A DNA stretch of 64,000 nucleotides from Moniliella sp. 'wahieum' (GCA_003971905.1 RSEE01000054.1:124001-188000), one strand, 5' to 3'; numbered from the stretch's first letter, positions 1-12,978 are shown. A program made the numbers and translations. The notes: generated from the letters alone by a model not told the origin.

Positions 1-1384
1 CCCGCCTGAACGATCATCAGTTAAACATGGACCTCTAGCGGGACTGTCACTGTTACCGAAGGATCGCTACTCTCAGCTGTGCTGTTACATGTTCATGTTA
101 TTTGGACTAAAATCAGTGGCCATTTTTCGTGTATTTGTATGGAGTGCGCGATCCTTGGTGTCACGGGCGGGCGCCGCCAGGGGGCCCGCCCTGGGGTTTT
201 TGGGGTACAATCCCTTAGGCGACGGTAGGTCGACTCCGGTAGTTTCGGGCTTAGGCTGGTTGGTGTGCCCGAGCGGACCTAGGGACGAGGAGAGGCCTTT
301 GGTGGGGCGGCTGCACGTGTGGCAAGGCTGCGTCTGCACCGGCTTGGGCCGTAGTAACGTGTCTGAAGCCTCCGGGACTTAGGGACGGGAGGAGGCAGCG
401 GCGGACAAACACTGCCTTAACTGGGACTGGGAATCGCCGTGACCGAAGGAGGGCTCGCGCGATTGGACTGACGAAGGGCTGGAGGACGAGGTCGGAGGAG
501 ATGTCGGACGCTAACAAGAGGAGCTGCCTGTACTGGATCAATTGGCTGGAAACGGGCAAGAGTCGGACAGGATAGGCGGGAAAGGGACGAAATGGAGGGT
601 GGAGGAAAAAATCCCCCACCAACCGGGGGTACAGGCTTAATCAAAAAAGGGGAAAACAGACACAAAGGGGGTGTAGAAAGAAAGGCACGTCAAAAGAGGG
701 GTTGATCGCCGCAGGCGCGATCGAGAAAGGAAAAAAGTGGTGACGGGCGACGGACGTCGCAAAGATACTGAATACAGTTGGTGGTCTCGTTTTGACCACC
801 GACTTGGACTTGGGCGGGAGGCGACTGCTGTCGCGCGTACGCATGGCAACTCGGACCACCGTACTTAATTTAGCCAACCATCATCACACTTGGTTGGCCT
901 GCGGTGCACGCTCTATGGGCATGTGCGGAGCAGGCGGGCCTTAGCTTGGGTCGGACCATCTCGTGTCCGCCGCAGCCCGTGACACTCCCAGACGATGATC
1001 GATGAACGCCACAGTCTGCGTTGAAGGCTGTTCAAAACTCATTATGTATGATGGACCTTGCCTTACTACTATCACCGCCGCCACCACCACCACAGCCACC
1101 ACCATCACAGCCACCACCATCACCTCGACCTTTGCGGATCCACTCCGGGTCCAACAACCCCGCACTCCGCAGCCCATTCTGGATTTATTATGTTCATCCC
1201 ACAATACCACCGTCTCCCTGTGTGTTCTCTCTACACTCACTCTCAGAGAGCAAGGATACCATATTCCTTCCTCTTTCGTACCCCTCTATCTCTGCTTCAC
1301 TGCTCGTCTGCCAATTCATCTCCATAATGTGAGTTCCACACCTCGGTCGCATAACCCGCGATGTTCTTGGTAGGGAAACTGACT

Positions 1385-2999
1385 ATGGCTGCATTACCAA
1401 GTTTTCCTTTGAGAGGCAAACGCGTGCATGCACAACGATCTCGTCGGCAAACACATTGCAGGCGATCGACTCGAGTTTGTCTCCATCATTGGACTCGGCG
1501 CGTATGGAGTAGTTATTTGGCTCGCGATCTGAAGCACCCACTGCATTCTTCTCAAGAACATTGGACGTCCACTTCCATCCAAGCAATGCCCCATGGCGCT
1601 GCTGCTGCAACAGGATTGTACGCTGTCAAATGCCTACATCGCTTGGGGGGCCTCGCCTCGAGCACCTTTCCAACAGCGGGAGATTGCCCTACACAATCTG
1701 GCAGGCACCTACCCATCCGTGGTTACTCTTTATGAGGTACTTCAAGATGCTAGTTGCTACGTCATCATGGACTTTGTCCGGACGGAGATCTCTTCTCCAT
1801 GATCACAGAGAAACATCGGTATTCCGTACAAGGGACAAATCCACCGGGGTCGTCTTCCTCCCACGAGGGCATGTTTCGTGGTTGAGGACGACGAGTATTT
1901 GACAGCGAGGACTGAGATGGATGCCACCATCAAGGATGTCTTTGGGCAGATTGTTCAAGCCGTCGAATATTGCCATGGTCTTGGAATTTACCACCGTGAC
2001 CTCAAGCCCGAGAATATCTTATGCTTGGAAGGTGGCTCGCGAATCATGCTTGCTGATTTTGGTTGGCCACGACGGACAAGAACAGTTCAGATTTTGGTTG
2101 CGGGTCAACATTGTACATGGGGCCCGAATGCCGTGGGGCATCCTTAGCCGACCCAACTTTTACGACTCATCAGCCAACGACGTATGGAGCATGGCGTTAT
2201 CTTGGTCAATCTGGTATGTGGTCGCAACCCATGGAAACAAGCAACAGCGTCGGACGAGACCTTCCGGGAGTTTCTGCGTAACCCTGACTTCCTTATGGAG
2301 ATCCTGCCTATCTCGAGCTCTCTCAACGCGATCCTCAAGCGCATTTTCCCCCTTCCCTGAAGGACGGTGTTCAATCCATGAGGTCAATGCCCTTCTACGC
2401 GGATGTGATCGATTGACTGCAACTAATGCTGAGTTGATGGCACGACACGAAGCGCGACGAGAAACTCACCAGCGGGCTCAAGTTGCTCGTACACATGCTG
2501 CTGAAAAAGACGCCATTTCCACAATAAGTGGTTGTCATGATCAGAAGAATAGCTGCTTGTCACGCGAAAACACCTTGCAAACCCCTCCTATCTCGATCAT
2601 GGAACACCCATGCAAGTCCTTCAGCTCGTTCACGCTTTTTCTACAATCAAGGGCATACACATGCAGCTAATCTAATCGGTCCATTCGCCATCATAAGGCA
2701 AGAGCATGGGCATTGACCACCCGAAATCCTTTAGGGAACTTTCATTCGTTCTCTTCGTCTTTTCGATACATACACACCGCAATTCTTTCTCGCTTCAATC
2801 AAAATGCACAAACGGGGGAGCACCGGCTGTTAATACACTACTGTGTAACGGTTTGAATTCAACCACGGATGATTCCTCCCAAGAGGTTCTTTCAGACAAA
2901 GCTACGGTTGACTCGTCAAAGAACTTCGGGTCCTCTTCTACTGCTCCTACTTCACATTCATCGTCCATTGACTCGTCGGTGCCCAGCCTGATACGCTAG
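1385..2999 (+). CDS. Ran1/Pat1/Sks1-like Ser/Thr protein kinase (frameshifted in assembly)
   Basis: Motifs across frames: IGLGAYGVV (Gly loop, from ATG 1428), YAVKCL, EIALH, IYHRDLKPENILC, MLADFG, FGCGSTLYMGPEC, DVWS, GRNPWKQA; Ser-rich tail. Ends approximate. Confidence 0.85.
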
Positions 3000-4010
3000 C
3001 ACATTTGCCGCGTATGGGCAAACAAGACAAAGACGCTGTTGCATGCCCTTTCGACTCGCTGTACGGTTTCCCAACCGACAATCAACCGTTCCCAAGTTAG
3101 ATCCGCCCTTCACCCTGGACCAAACTGCTTTAAATGACGGTCACTGCGTATTCCACTACCCTCCCTCCGACTGGCGGTGTGGGTGTATGAGTCAGAAGCC
3201 AATACGGACGACGAACATTGTCCCCCCCTTGAACAACGTAACAAGAACGTAGGGCAAGTGAAGGCATCATTTATAGAACCCAATGGTTCCCACTATTTGT
3301 CGATTCCACTGTGCTTGCTGCAGAAATGGATCGCTGCGGGTGGAGGTCAACTCACCAAGTATAGCAGGCTATACGCGTTCTCCATTAGTACAGAGTATCA
3401 GCCTTTTGTACATGTAGATGAACTACTATAGATCAACAGCCATATACTACTCAGCTACTCTTCCTCATATATCTTGCTCGTCATTTGTACACATATGCAC
3501 ACTTCTTTCGGCCAGGGGGATGCGGCTTCTCGCTATCAGCATACGCCGCTCGTAATGCCTGATGATGGTAGTGGGGGGCCACCGATATCAAATCAGACTT
3601 CTCATTAGTGGGTGGGGCGCGAGTACCCTGCAAACACGGATGCGCGAGCTAATGGGCAACCCGTTTGCTCTATAAGTGTCTGGCTATATAGGTTTCAAAT
3701 TTGTCAAATGATATGTGGATGGATCCATAGGGATGGTACCTGGTACAAAACTACTAATAGCGGCAGGGTCAGAAAGCACACAGACGACCGAAGAGAGCAG
3801 GTGGTTGATACGACTTGGAGAACCGGGACGGGCTCCAGCGTGAAGCTGGGCAAGAATACATGTAGGGAAACCACTTCAAAGGAGGGGCGACCATCGGAGT
3901 CAGATGTGTCACGAGATTTTCGGGGAAGTCGATCGCATACTCCGCCGGGGGGCTGCGAATCAACGCGGAGTGATATCAATATCGGGCAGGCGGGGAGAGG
4001 CTTATGGGGA

Positions 4011-7000
4011 TCAAGCTTTCTCTCCTCGGAGAAGGGAAGTAGACGTGGGGTAGTCGACCTCATCCCGGAAAAGGTCCAACGGGGTTGAGAAATGGGCCGG
4101 CGGGCGACGGGTTGCTAAGCCCAACCCAGCAGGCCCTTGATCGGGAAGGAGAGGCAGTGGCTTATTAGCCCTTTTCCAATCCGGGGAAAGTTGCTTGTTG
4201 CAGGGACTGGTCTCGGGAAGACTGGCTTTGGGGTCGCAAGAGGGTACCGCACTACGCCTTAACACACGCCGAGAAGGGGAGTGGGTTGGCCCCGATGGCA
4301 TGGCCGATGCCAGGTGCTCATCCTGGGAATGAAGCCGGTGAGGAGCGAGGAACGAGGTTTTGGATGGAAAGGGATGAGTCTCAGGGCCGGTGAGATCAAC
4401 CGAGCCGATGCCAGCCGGGGACGATGGAGCAGGAGCCGAAGGAGAAGCAGACCATCCTGCGGCCTTACCTCCTCTCTGGAAATGGGGCATAGCGGCTAAA
4501 ACGGGGGAGGTGCCGAACATCGTGGTCGATGTTGGAGTACTCAAACCCGTTGATTGCGAGGTACGCGAGCCGGATGCATGTGAACCTGAATAGGACATTA
4601 ACGCAGAGGTGTACTCTGTGGCTGAACCACGAAATGAGAAGCACCACTTGAAGATGTGTTGTTTGGGACGTGACGATCGGACCACAAGGAGCATTTCGGC
4701 TCGTGTTCCCCATCCAATGAAGGCGTCGTTGTGAGCGGCGATGATAGGATAGCTCCATCTCCCGCCATGCTAGACTGATGGGATAGCATAGTGGATTGGG
4801 TTAAACTTGACCGATAGCTCCAGCCATCGCCCGAGACCGAGGGTCGGAATGACCGAGGGGAGGCAGGCGTGCTGGAGCATGTGCTGCCGCTGCGATGGTT
4901 CAACGCTTCCAGCCCACCCAGAGACTCATACTTCTGGAGATCTCCATGCGAATGGGGGATATCAGAGGGCGAGTCTTGATCAAAAGACAGGCCAAGAGCA
5001 GTAAGTAGATCGTGACTAACCTGGGCCTTGAGCGTACGACCCGCCGGCATACGCGCGGTAACCACACTTTCTACCCTTTCTTCCTCAGTAATATCTGATG
5101 GGCGCCCTTGCAGAGAAGGAGTTCGGACTCGGTGAGCGGGTGAAAGCATGCGGCGAACCAGACAACGCGGATTGTGCAGTGACAGTGGCGAGTGAAGAAG
5201 CAATTGATGGCGCGTGTTGTAGGATTGCAGTAGAGGCTGGAGGATAGTTGAGCGACTCAGGACTGTCGTTGTACGTCGCTCCTGTGCATAGTGCGTTCTC
5301 TTTCTCGGGCTTGATGCTTGGTGTAAAGATCTGGGTAGGGATCAGGCAGGGGGGGAGGCCCTCAGACCATCGCTCGAATGCGCGGGCCACTTTCGAGCAC
5401 CTGCGGAGGGGTTTGAGGGGCAGATGCGAAGCGGATGTTCGGTATTTCTGAATGAGCTCTGCAGAGCCCTTAGTTCCTTGGCTTGAACCGCAGGTTTGGT
5501 CCAACGGCCATTCTGAAGACGGCCCATCCCAGTCAAGATGAGGCCAATAGGTTGACCACGACTCGTTGAAACGAGAACTTTCACCGAGCGGGCGGCTATG
5601 GGCCGCTGAGGCGAGACTGGTGGAGAGGTGAATCCTGAGCCTTCTGCCGGTTGGCTCGAAGAGGATTGGATCCAGCCTCATGCCTGATCCGTGGAAGTAG
5701 GGGGGGACGGCAGGAAGTATTCTAAACCTTGCACTGAAGCAGAGGGTCCGAGATTCGAAGGGGCCAAGGGAAAGTCGCCATTACTGGGGTCACAGGTATA
5801 TTCTGGTTTTGAGAAATACCAAGGGGCACAACTTTGTGTCCTCGCTGTGCCCTCGCTGAAGCCGACACCGTCTCGGCGTGCTGGCTCCCTTGCGCGCTGC
5901 GCATGTGGGCGCGGCCAAAACAAGTCCGGCATACCCTTTGTCCCTGGGAAGGCATGATCAGCTGAAATAGCCCCATCCTTGTGGGGTACAGGGGGAGGGG
6001 GCAAGTTCTCATTGCCTCCCGTGAGCCGGAATAGCTCGTCCGTTTCATGCGTAGCACCCGGTTGGAGCACCGGGGACGAGCATACAGGTGAGGAGAATTC
6101 AGCCGTGCGAGGACTTGGGGATAGCCACAAGCCCAAGCCTGATGTATGAGACCCCGCAGTCATGGTCGCGCCCGAGGGGAACCGATTTAATAGGGGTCGC
6201 AACGATCGTTTCACTGCACTATTACCACGTTGGGCTTGGGGTTGAACTGGTTTTACACCCCCTCATTTGACCATGTTGGCGTGAAGGTCGAAGGCGACAA
6301 TGGAGCAGCTGCCGAGGGGTGTGGTGATGATTTGGAGGTTCAGGGAGTAGTAGTACGTTCATAGGGCCACTAGATCCCGCGGGGCTGGCAGGTTCCGAGC
6401 GAGTCCGAACAAAAGAGCGAGCAGCCCACGGTGCCAGAGAGGGGCGCGAAGTCGTGGCAGTCCGGGGCGATGAAATGGAGCTCCAGCCACGGCGAGACGC
6501 CACTCCAGGTGAAATGGATAGATCGTCGGACTTCCGTATCGGACTGGGGGCCAGTTGAGCCGAAGGACCGAGAAAATGAAGATCCAAAGGAGGTTGATCC
6601 CCGGAAAGCATCCTCGGCGTCGCCGGCATGGTCTTGCCGCTGTTTGGTACGAGGTCAAAGTATGATCCAGCAGACGGATCGGGCGTACGTGCCGTAGCCA
6701 TGCCATTGCCGCACTCGACATTGGAGTGGAGGGTGTTATCCTTGATTCGGTTTGAACCGTAACAGTTTCGACTCCATGGTGGTCAGAGTCGTTGACTTGA
6801 GCCGCAACTTCCCGCATTGCGGTCTGTGCACGTATCAGCGTCTTGCCTACTCGATTTGCCCTGGGCGTTGACAGTTTCGAAGTGCGCTTTATCATCTCCT
6901 ACAAGTGAGAGAGGTCAGTATCCCATAGGGAGGTGGAAGGAACAGAGATACGTACGTCAAGGAGCAATGGGTACTGGCAAATCCGCTGGACAGGTTTAAT

Positions 7001-8558
7001 CAGGAAGGCACCCAAGCTGTAGTAGGGATCCAGAAAGTACTGCTCGACGTCGGATCGTCCCAGCATGCATACTGATGCAATGGACCCTGCCCTCTTGTCG
7101 CCAAATCCAACGCGTGTGCATAGTTGGCACAAAAAGGCTTATAGATGCGCAATTCAGAGGCCATGGCAAAAACACGCGCCCAACACCATGTGCTTGTCGC
7201 TCGATCTCGTGAAGGCGGGATCGTTCCAATGGAACCTCCTGCGAGTCCCAAACAGCAGGAGACGGGCAAAGCACCTGCTCGATCTTGGTGAGTAAGCGGC
7301 GCTGGACGTCCACGATCTGGTCAAGATTGCCAAAGATAGAGTGCAGCACGTCCTGGCCCAACACATCGTACTTGGCCAGAACACGGGCGAAGCCTTGAAT
7401 CCGTTCCAGATCAGCCACGTAGTTTCGCTCAGTTGTTAAGAGCTCATGCATAACCCTTGAGAGTTGAACGGAACGCCCATCGATAGTGGAGTCAAGCGTA
7501 GCAGGCAGCGTGGTAATGCCCCGACTTTCTTCTTCTGACGAATTGTGGGTCCAAGGAGGAAGAAGTCGACCTCGAGCTTCCAATAATTCCAGCAGCCGGT
7601 CGACAGTGTTGATGACCCGGATGAAGCCATTGGTATCATCCTTGTATAGATCGGAAACGGAGAAGCACCACTCGCTCTCCCAACCTAGACCGGTTTCCCA
7701 AGTAGGAAAACGGGAGCCACTGGCGGGTGCTGATGGTGAACATGGCGGAGCACGCAAAGCCATGATGAACTTTGCAGTCAAACGTTTCGCCTGGTTGACA
7801 CTTGTACTGGTGGGCCGATCAAACGAGTCACCCGGGTCGGCCGAGGGGTTCAATGGCAATTGGCGAGCGCCCAGTGAGTTGAAGAGAAAACAAAGGGCAC
7901 TTCCGGTGCGTAGACAAGTCCAGACCTGGCCCACAACGTCATTTGAATGATCAAAGGAAAGGGACAGGGACGAGAACGAGGCCGAGTCTGACAATGAGGG
8001 CAAGCTGCCCTGCGATAGGGAAGGAGGCAGGCGAGAGAAAGTTGGTGTCGAGGGAAAAGAATAGTACTCTACAAAACCAGGAACTCGCGCAAGGCGTGCA
8101 CGAAGACGGACGCACTGCTGGAACAGGCTCAGCGCAGGAGGTGCATCGGAAGGCTGTCGCTGAGAAGAGCAACACTTGGGAGGGGACGAGAGAGCGTGGG
8201 GGTGTGGCGAGAGTGCTGGGGGTGCTGGGAGTGGGAGTGCCAGGCACTGCTGCCGATACGGCGAAGGTTGCAGCGGCCGAGGCAAGCGCAGACAGACTGA
8301 GCTTACGTGTGGATCGACGGCGTGCAAACGACTGTGTGTTGGAGGTGTTGGGTGGGTGGGACATGATGGGAAGGGCACAGCAGAAGCCGATGTCTGCTGA
8401 GCCTCAGGCGGCAAACATGAAGCGTGGGGCAGAAACGGAGAGGTGGTGGTGGGGCAGGACGGGCAGCAGGGCCAGGTGGGATAGGAATGCGGCATATGCC
8501 GGTCCCGCCGGCTGCTGCTGGTTGGATGAGCGATCGATATTCGCTGGCCATCGATCAT
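4011..8558 (-). CDS. Cdc24/Scd1-like Rho guanine nucleotide exchange factor (CDC24-type CH domain + DH domain + long disordered tail)
   Basis: CH-like VWTCLRTGSALCFLFN...FSVSDLYKDDTNGFIRVINTV; DH motifs VMHELLTTERNYVADL, IFGNLDQIVDVQRR, LGAFLIKPVQRICQYPLLL, AMREVAAQVND; intron 6899-6955 (GTACGT..CTGAC..TAG). Extent of the tail is inferred from overlapping S/P-rich ORF pieces. Confidence 0.75.
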
Positions 8559-9841
8559 GCATCATGCGTCGTGTATGTCATGCGTCGTGCCCAAACATCG
8601 CACCGCGTACATGCTGAGTGGCGACGCGGCGACATGTGACCGCTGGCCGCTGACCCATCACAGGTCGCGGGTTCAGATGCCGATCTCAGGTCTGGGGCGG
8701 CCTGAGCGGCACAGTGCACCCGTGCAGGAGGCAGAGTGTTGTGCCGTCCTGCGCCTGGGCCGAGTGTGCGGCCGGGTGCAGCGCGTCTGTGCGGCCCCAA
8801 TTTTTTTTTTAGCGGTGAAGGTGACCGCTGACGCTGCACGGCGCCGGCGACGCACAACGCGGAACGCGTAGCCTGCGCTGCTCTCCGCTGCCCTGTGCAG
8901 TCCAGCACTGCACTGCGGCTGCATTGCTCGGGAAAAATGAATCCAGCACCATGGTGCTCCAATTCCAACCACTGTGCCCTGCCGTGCCGTGCTGCTACTA
9001 TCCGCTCCAGCCCGCCCAAGCCCTGGCTGCGATTTGGCGCACTGGCCCCAAGCCGCATGATCGACAGCGGCACAAACTGGTCAGCCGGAGGGCGAGGCGC
9101 TGCACGTTGGAACTAGACCGCAGGTCCGCCGGTGATGCGCACGGGCGTTGGGGCCAGCTGCAGTCTAGGGACCAAGGGGCTAGTGCTAGTGACATTCACT
9201 ATTGAATGTGAATGTGTGACGCGTCCTCCGCAAAAGTGCTCACGCGCGCGCTCACGTGATTATGGGAGCTCGGAGCTCTGACGCGTCCACGCCCGCAATC
9301 GCGTTTCTACCCCTGAGACGCAGTACGCAACACCGACTGAATCACACTGTGCGAATAGTACGACGGATGGCAGAAGTGAAGCACCGGGCATCAAAAGGGG
9401 AGGGGTCGAGGGGAAGCTGCAAGCTAGCTGAAGCGTGGAGCCTCGGCCGTCGAGATTGGCACATAGCCGGGTAAGAATCGCAGCGGCAGCTTAAGCCAAA
9501 AGATGAGAGGGATGAGATCGATGAGATGAGATCTGAGAAGGAGCCAAGCAAAAATGGTTGTTTTGAATTCCCGTTGTATCCCATCGACTTCAGCCGCCCC
9601 CCCCCCCCCACCCCGACCAAACCCTCTCACACTACGGGAATCGATCGCCCCCCAACAACAGAGAAACTGCTATTCCTCGCACCCTGCCGGTCGGTGATCG
9701 ACCCACGGTAATAACACAAACTATAGGAAACGGCACAGAAAAAAGGGTGACGGCATGTACTTCAGATCGATGAGTGTCAATGTTCTCCCACAGAGAAAAA
9801 TGATACGAAATGGTCCCTCAAAATAACACACAAGCACACGG

Positions 9842-10337
9842 TGAAAGATTGGGGGCTAGGGCGAAGCACTAGACTAGGCGATCAATGGGTGAGCGCGATG
9901 AATCGGTCACACCAATGAGAGCCCAGAACCGCGGTTGTCCGTTAACTGAGAAGTAGCTACGCTACCAAGCTAAGGACGATTGCACTGTGCAGGGTGGGAA
10001 CAGTCAGAGATAGCTTCTTGTAAGCTCCTGACGCTAGTCCAACCTTCAATGCAACCGCTGGACAAGGACAAGCGCCAGAAGCAGGAAGAGAACAGGAAGA
10101 GAGAGAACAGGAAGCTCACTGTGCAGGGTGGGAACAGTCAGAGATAGCTTCTTGTAAGCTCCTGACGCTAGTCCAACCTTCAATGCAACAGGGAGAAGAG
10201 GAAGGAGGGGAACGGGCGCGACGGTAACCAATCCGGAGCGCGCGAGTTGCGGAACTCTATAGCCAGTTCCGCTTGCCAGCGACATGGCCGATCCAGCCAT
10301 CACACCAAGTGGTGCCACATGCCACCACACTCCAACA
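9842..10337 (-). repeat. 3' LTR
   Basis: Near-identical to 13094-13587; preceded by the polypurine tract on the minus strand. Confidence 0.95.
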
Positions 10338-10825
10338 CCCCCCCTCGGCCATGGCACTGGTAAACAACACCAGAGAGAAGATAGACGAGGCGCGAAAAAA
10401 AAGAGGGAGAAGAAAAAAAACGAATCGAACAAAATAACGACGATAGAGCTTGAAGCGCGCAACGTCGAATCCTTGTAGATAAAGTTGAGATAAATATAGC
10501 CAAAAGAGAGAAAGAACCGAGACAGCACCAGGCTCTGAACGAACATGGATCTGCGCATTAGAGCCGAGCCGGAAATCAGAAGAAAATAAAAGACGAGACG
10601 AAGGTAGATCAAGACGAGTGGTGGATGGTCAATGAACGTGGAGCACATGTGCACCTTCACACCAGCCGCCTGGAAGCAAGCCCCGACGAATATGACGGAT
10701 GGCAGGGCGTGCACGCCAGTACGCCGCCTTGGCGGCACAGGACCCCCCCTTGGCAGTAAGGTACCCCCCCACGGCAGCAAGGTGCCCCCCTTGGGAGCTT
10801 GGCACCCCCCCTGAATAGCACGGTA

Positions 10826-11044
10826 CTTGGCAGTTACTGCTTCCATTGGCTCCGTCGGAGGAGCGAATCCCTGCCGCAGACGGCTGTTGTTGACCAGCAT
10901 CTTCGCAGCGCCACTGTCAAATGTGAACAATGCTGGGATGCAGGCACCACATGACTGAATATTGGGTGCGCGCTCAGGTCGCTTAGTGAGCAGGCTGCTC
11001 AGCTGGACGTTCAGGTGAACTTCCAGGCGACCCCGCGCGTGTCC
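10826..11044 (-). pseudogene. Truncated Copia-type aspartic protease (start of pol)
   Basis: LFTFDSGAAKMLVNNSRLRQGFAPPTEPMEAVTA resembles the Copia PR pattern DSGA..HM.....F..........V..A; similarity stops after VTA. Confidence 0.65.
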
Positions 11045-12978
11045 CTATCCAGAGGGAGCCTCTTCAGCAGACACCATTCCATCAGCCCCCGATGTATCTC
11101 GGCCTGCATCGTCAACAGGGACCGGCCGCGCCCCTGCCTGCAAAGATGCACGGGGGTGCCCCAGTACCCGGCGCAGTCAGATCCTTTGTGTTGTTCCCTT
11201 GGCCAGGGGCATCCGTGGCACAGTCACGTTCAAAGTGTCCACGCCCGCCGCACCGCCAACAAAGGGCTGACGCCTTGTCCACACGCAAGATCGAGATCCC
11301 ATCATTGGGCGCAGTTGCCCCGACCCGCATCGCTTCGTATTGCCGTGCCAGCAGCGCACTCGATTCCATGTCTAGGCGGTCGTCTGCAAGCTTGTTCACA
11401 TCCCACCATAGCGTATTCATGGCCTGCATCGACTGGCGGTGATCTCCAGCGCGGTACACCATTTCTTGGTAATGGGGGTGTAGAGTTGCTGCCTTGAAAA
11501 AATCTCTGAGGGCGTCATGGAACAGGTCGGGGGTCCAGTTGCAATCCCTGAGGACATTGTACTCTAGGACGAGCTGGTACCACCGAGCCAAAGCCGCCGA
11601 AGCTGTATCGCGCAATGGATTCCAGCGAGCGGCCAGGCGATTGGTGATGGTGCCTGTATTAGCCGATGTAGTCCGCGCTAGCCGCAAAAGGGTAGCAATG
11701 ACCTGGTGCGGTTCATGCATGAGCATGTTGCTGTCATAGGCTTGGAGACGCGCATCAGTTTCCGCCGTGAGAGTGGTAAGGATCAGCATAAAAACCTTCT
11801 CCTTAAAACCATTGTCCACAGCAACCGCGTTGCCACATATGATAGGCCAAACACCATGTACGCCCGACGTGCGGAGTTCGAGACAGCGAAGCCAAGCAAC
11901 CGCATTTCCAGCTTGGAGATCGAGCAAGACATAGGCTGTGCCCATGCCTGAAACGCCGTTCTGTGCCTTAGTATACGCCTTGATAAGATCGTTCACGCTC
12001 GGATATAGTCCTTGTCACCTACCGTTATAGGTTGGGTGCATTCACTCGACTGATATGCCCAGCACGGTGTTGTATCACCTTGGAAAGGGGGTGCAACTTG
12101 GCAGGCTTGCGGCGCGCCCCATCAAAGGGGGTAAACGAACGAGGTTTGCTCGGGGGGGCAGCCGGCGGCAACGAGTCCCGGGGCATGGAGGGCCCCCGTG
12201 GGCTGGCGGACACAGTGGGCAGCCGGGTCACGGGAAGAGAGCGATCGGAACTGCCGATCTCAGCCTCTTCGGGCATCTCTTCAACCACAACAGAGTGCGA
12301 CCGGCGGATGTTGACTCGAGTTTCCACGTGAGGAGCAGGAAGTGCCACTCAGAGCGGCACGAGGTGAATGCAGCAGCCGCATCCCGGTCCAAATCTGCCC
12401 AAGTCAGGCCGTCGCGTTGTGCCTTGTAGAGGGGCGAGTCTTGGGGGACGCCGAGCTTGACAAAGTCGAAAATAGGACGCACGGGATCCATAATAGGAAC
12501 ATAGTCGGCGTCGTCAAACGTAAAGCGATCTAGGCGATAGTAGGCCCGCCATGCAGCATTGACATCGGGGCCGCGAAGGACACTCACCAGTAGGGAAAGC
12601 TGGGTCTTCAGACCATTCAGGGTGTCCTTGCGGCGAGTCGTAGCCAGGAGTTTTGCAAGAGAACAGCTCCTCTGCCGTGATACGATTTGGTGCAGCTCGT
12701 CAACGCAGTACTGAACAAGATCGGCCACCTCGCATTCGAAACCGTCATCTGGCACAGGCGAGCCTGCCTTCGGCTTGCCAACCTCGTCCCAGCGTGCAAT
12801 TTCTTCAACCACCGCATCGCCGTAGGAGAGTGCGGGAGGGCCATAAGAACACGTTGGTAATCGTCGTCGTGGTGACCTTTGCGCATGAACGTGAACTGCG
12901 GCCAGACCATCATGGGAGGAGCCTGAGCAGTCGAGGCCGGCAGACCACCTGATTGTCGGCTTCGTTGTCGCTATTCAT
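11045..12978 (-). CDS. gag: Retrotransposon Gag with CCHC zinc knuckle (frameshifted)
   Basis: ORF pieces 12617-12913, 12228-12812, 12025-12348, 11112-11996; CWRCGGRGHFERDC = CX2CX4HX4C; first ATG after the PBS at 12978. Confidence 0.8.

Noticed and set aside
1..940. Possible 5' end of another retroelement or gene on the minus strand
   Set aside because: The ORF pieces are short and interrupted, and I recognise no domain or terminal repeat. The window edge prevents assessment.
10046..10826. Hydrophobic ORF running into the 3' LTR as an env-like gene
   Set aside because: The hydrophobicity comes from a T-rich untranslated-type tract, and the frame continues through the PPT and LTR. There is no signal peptide or env pattern.
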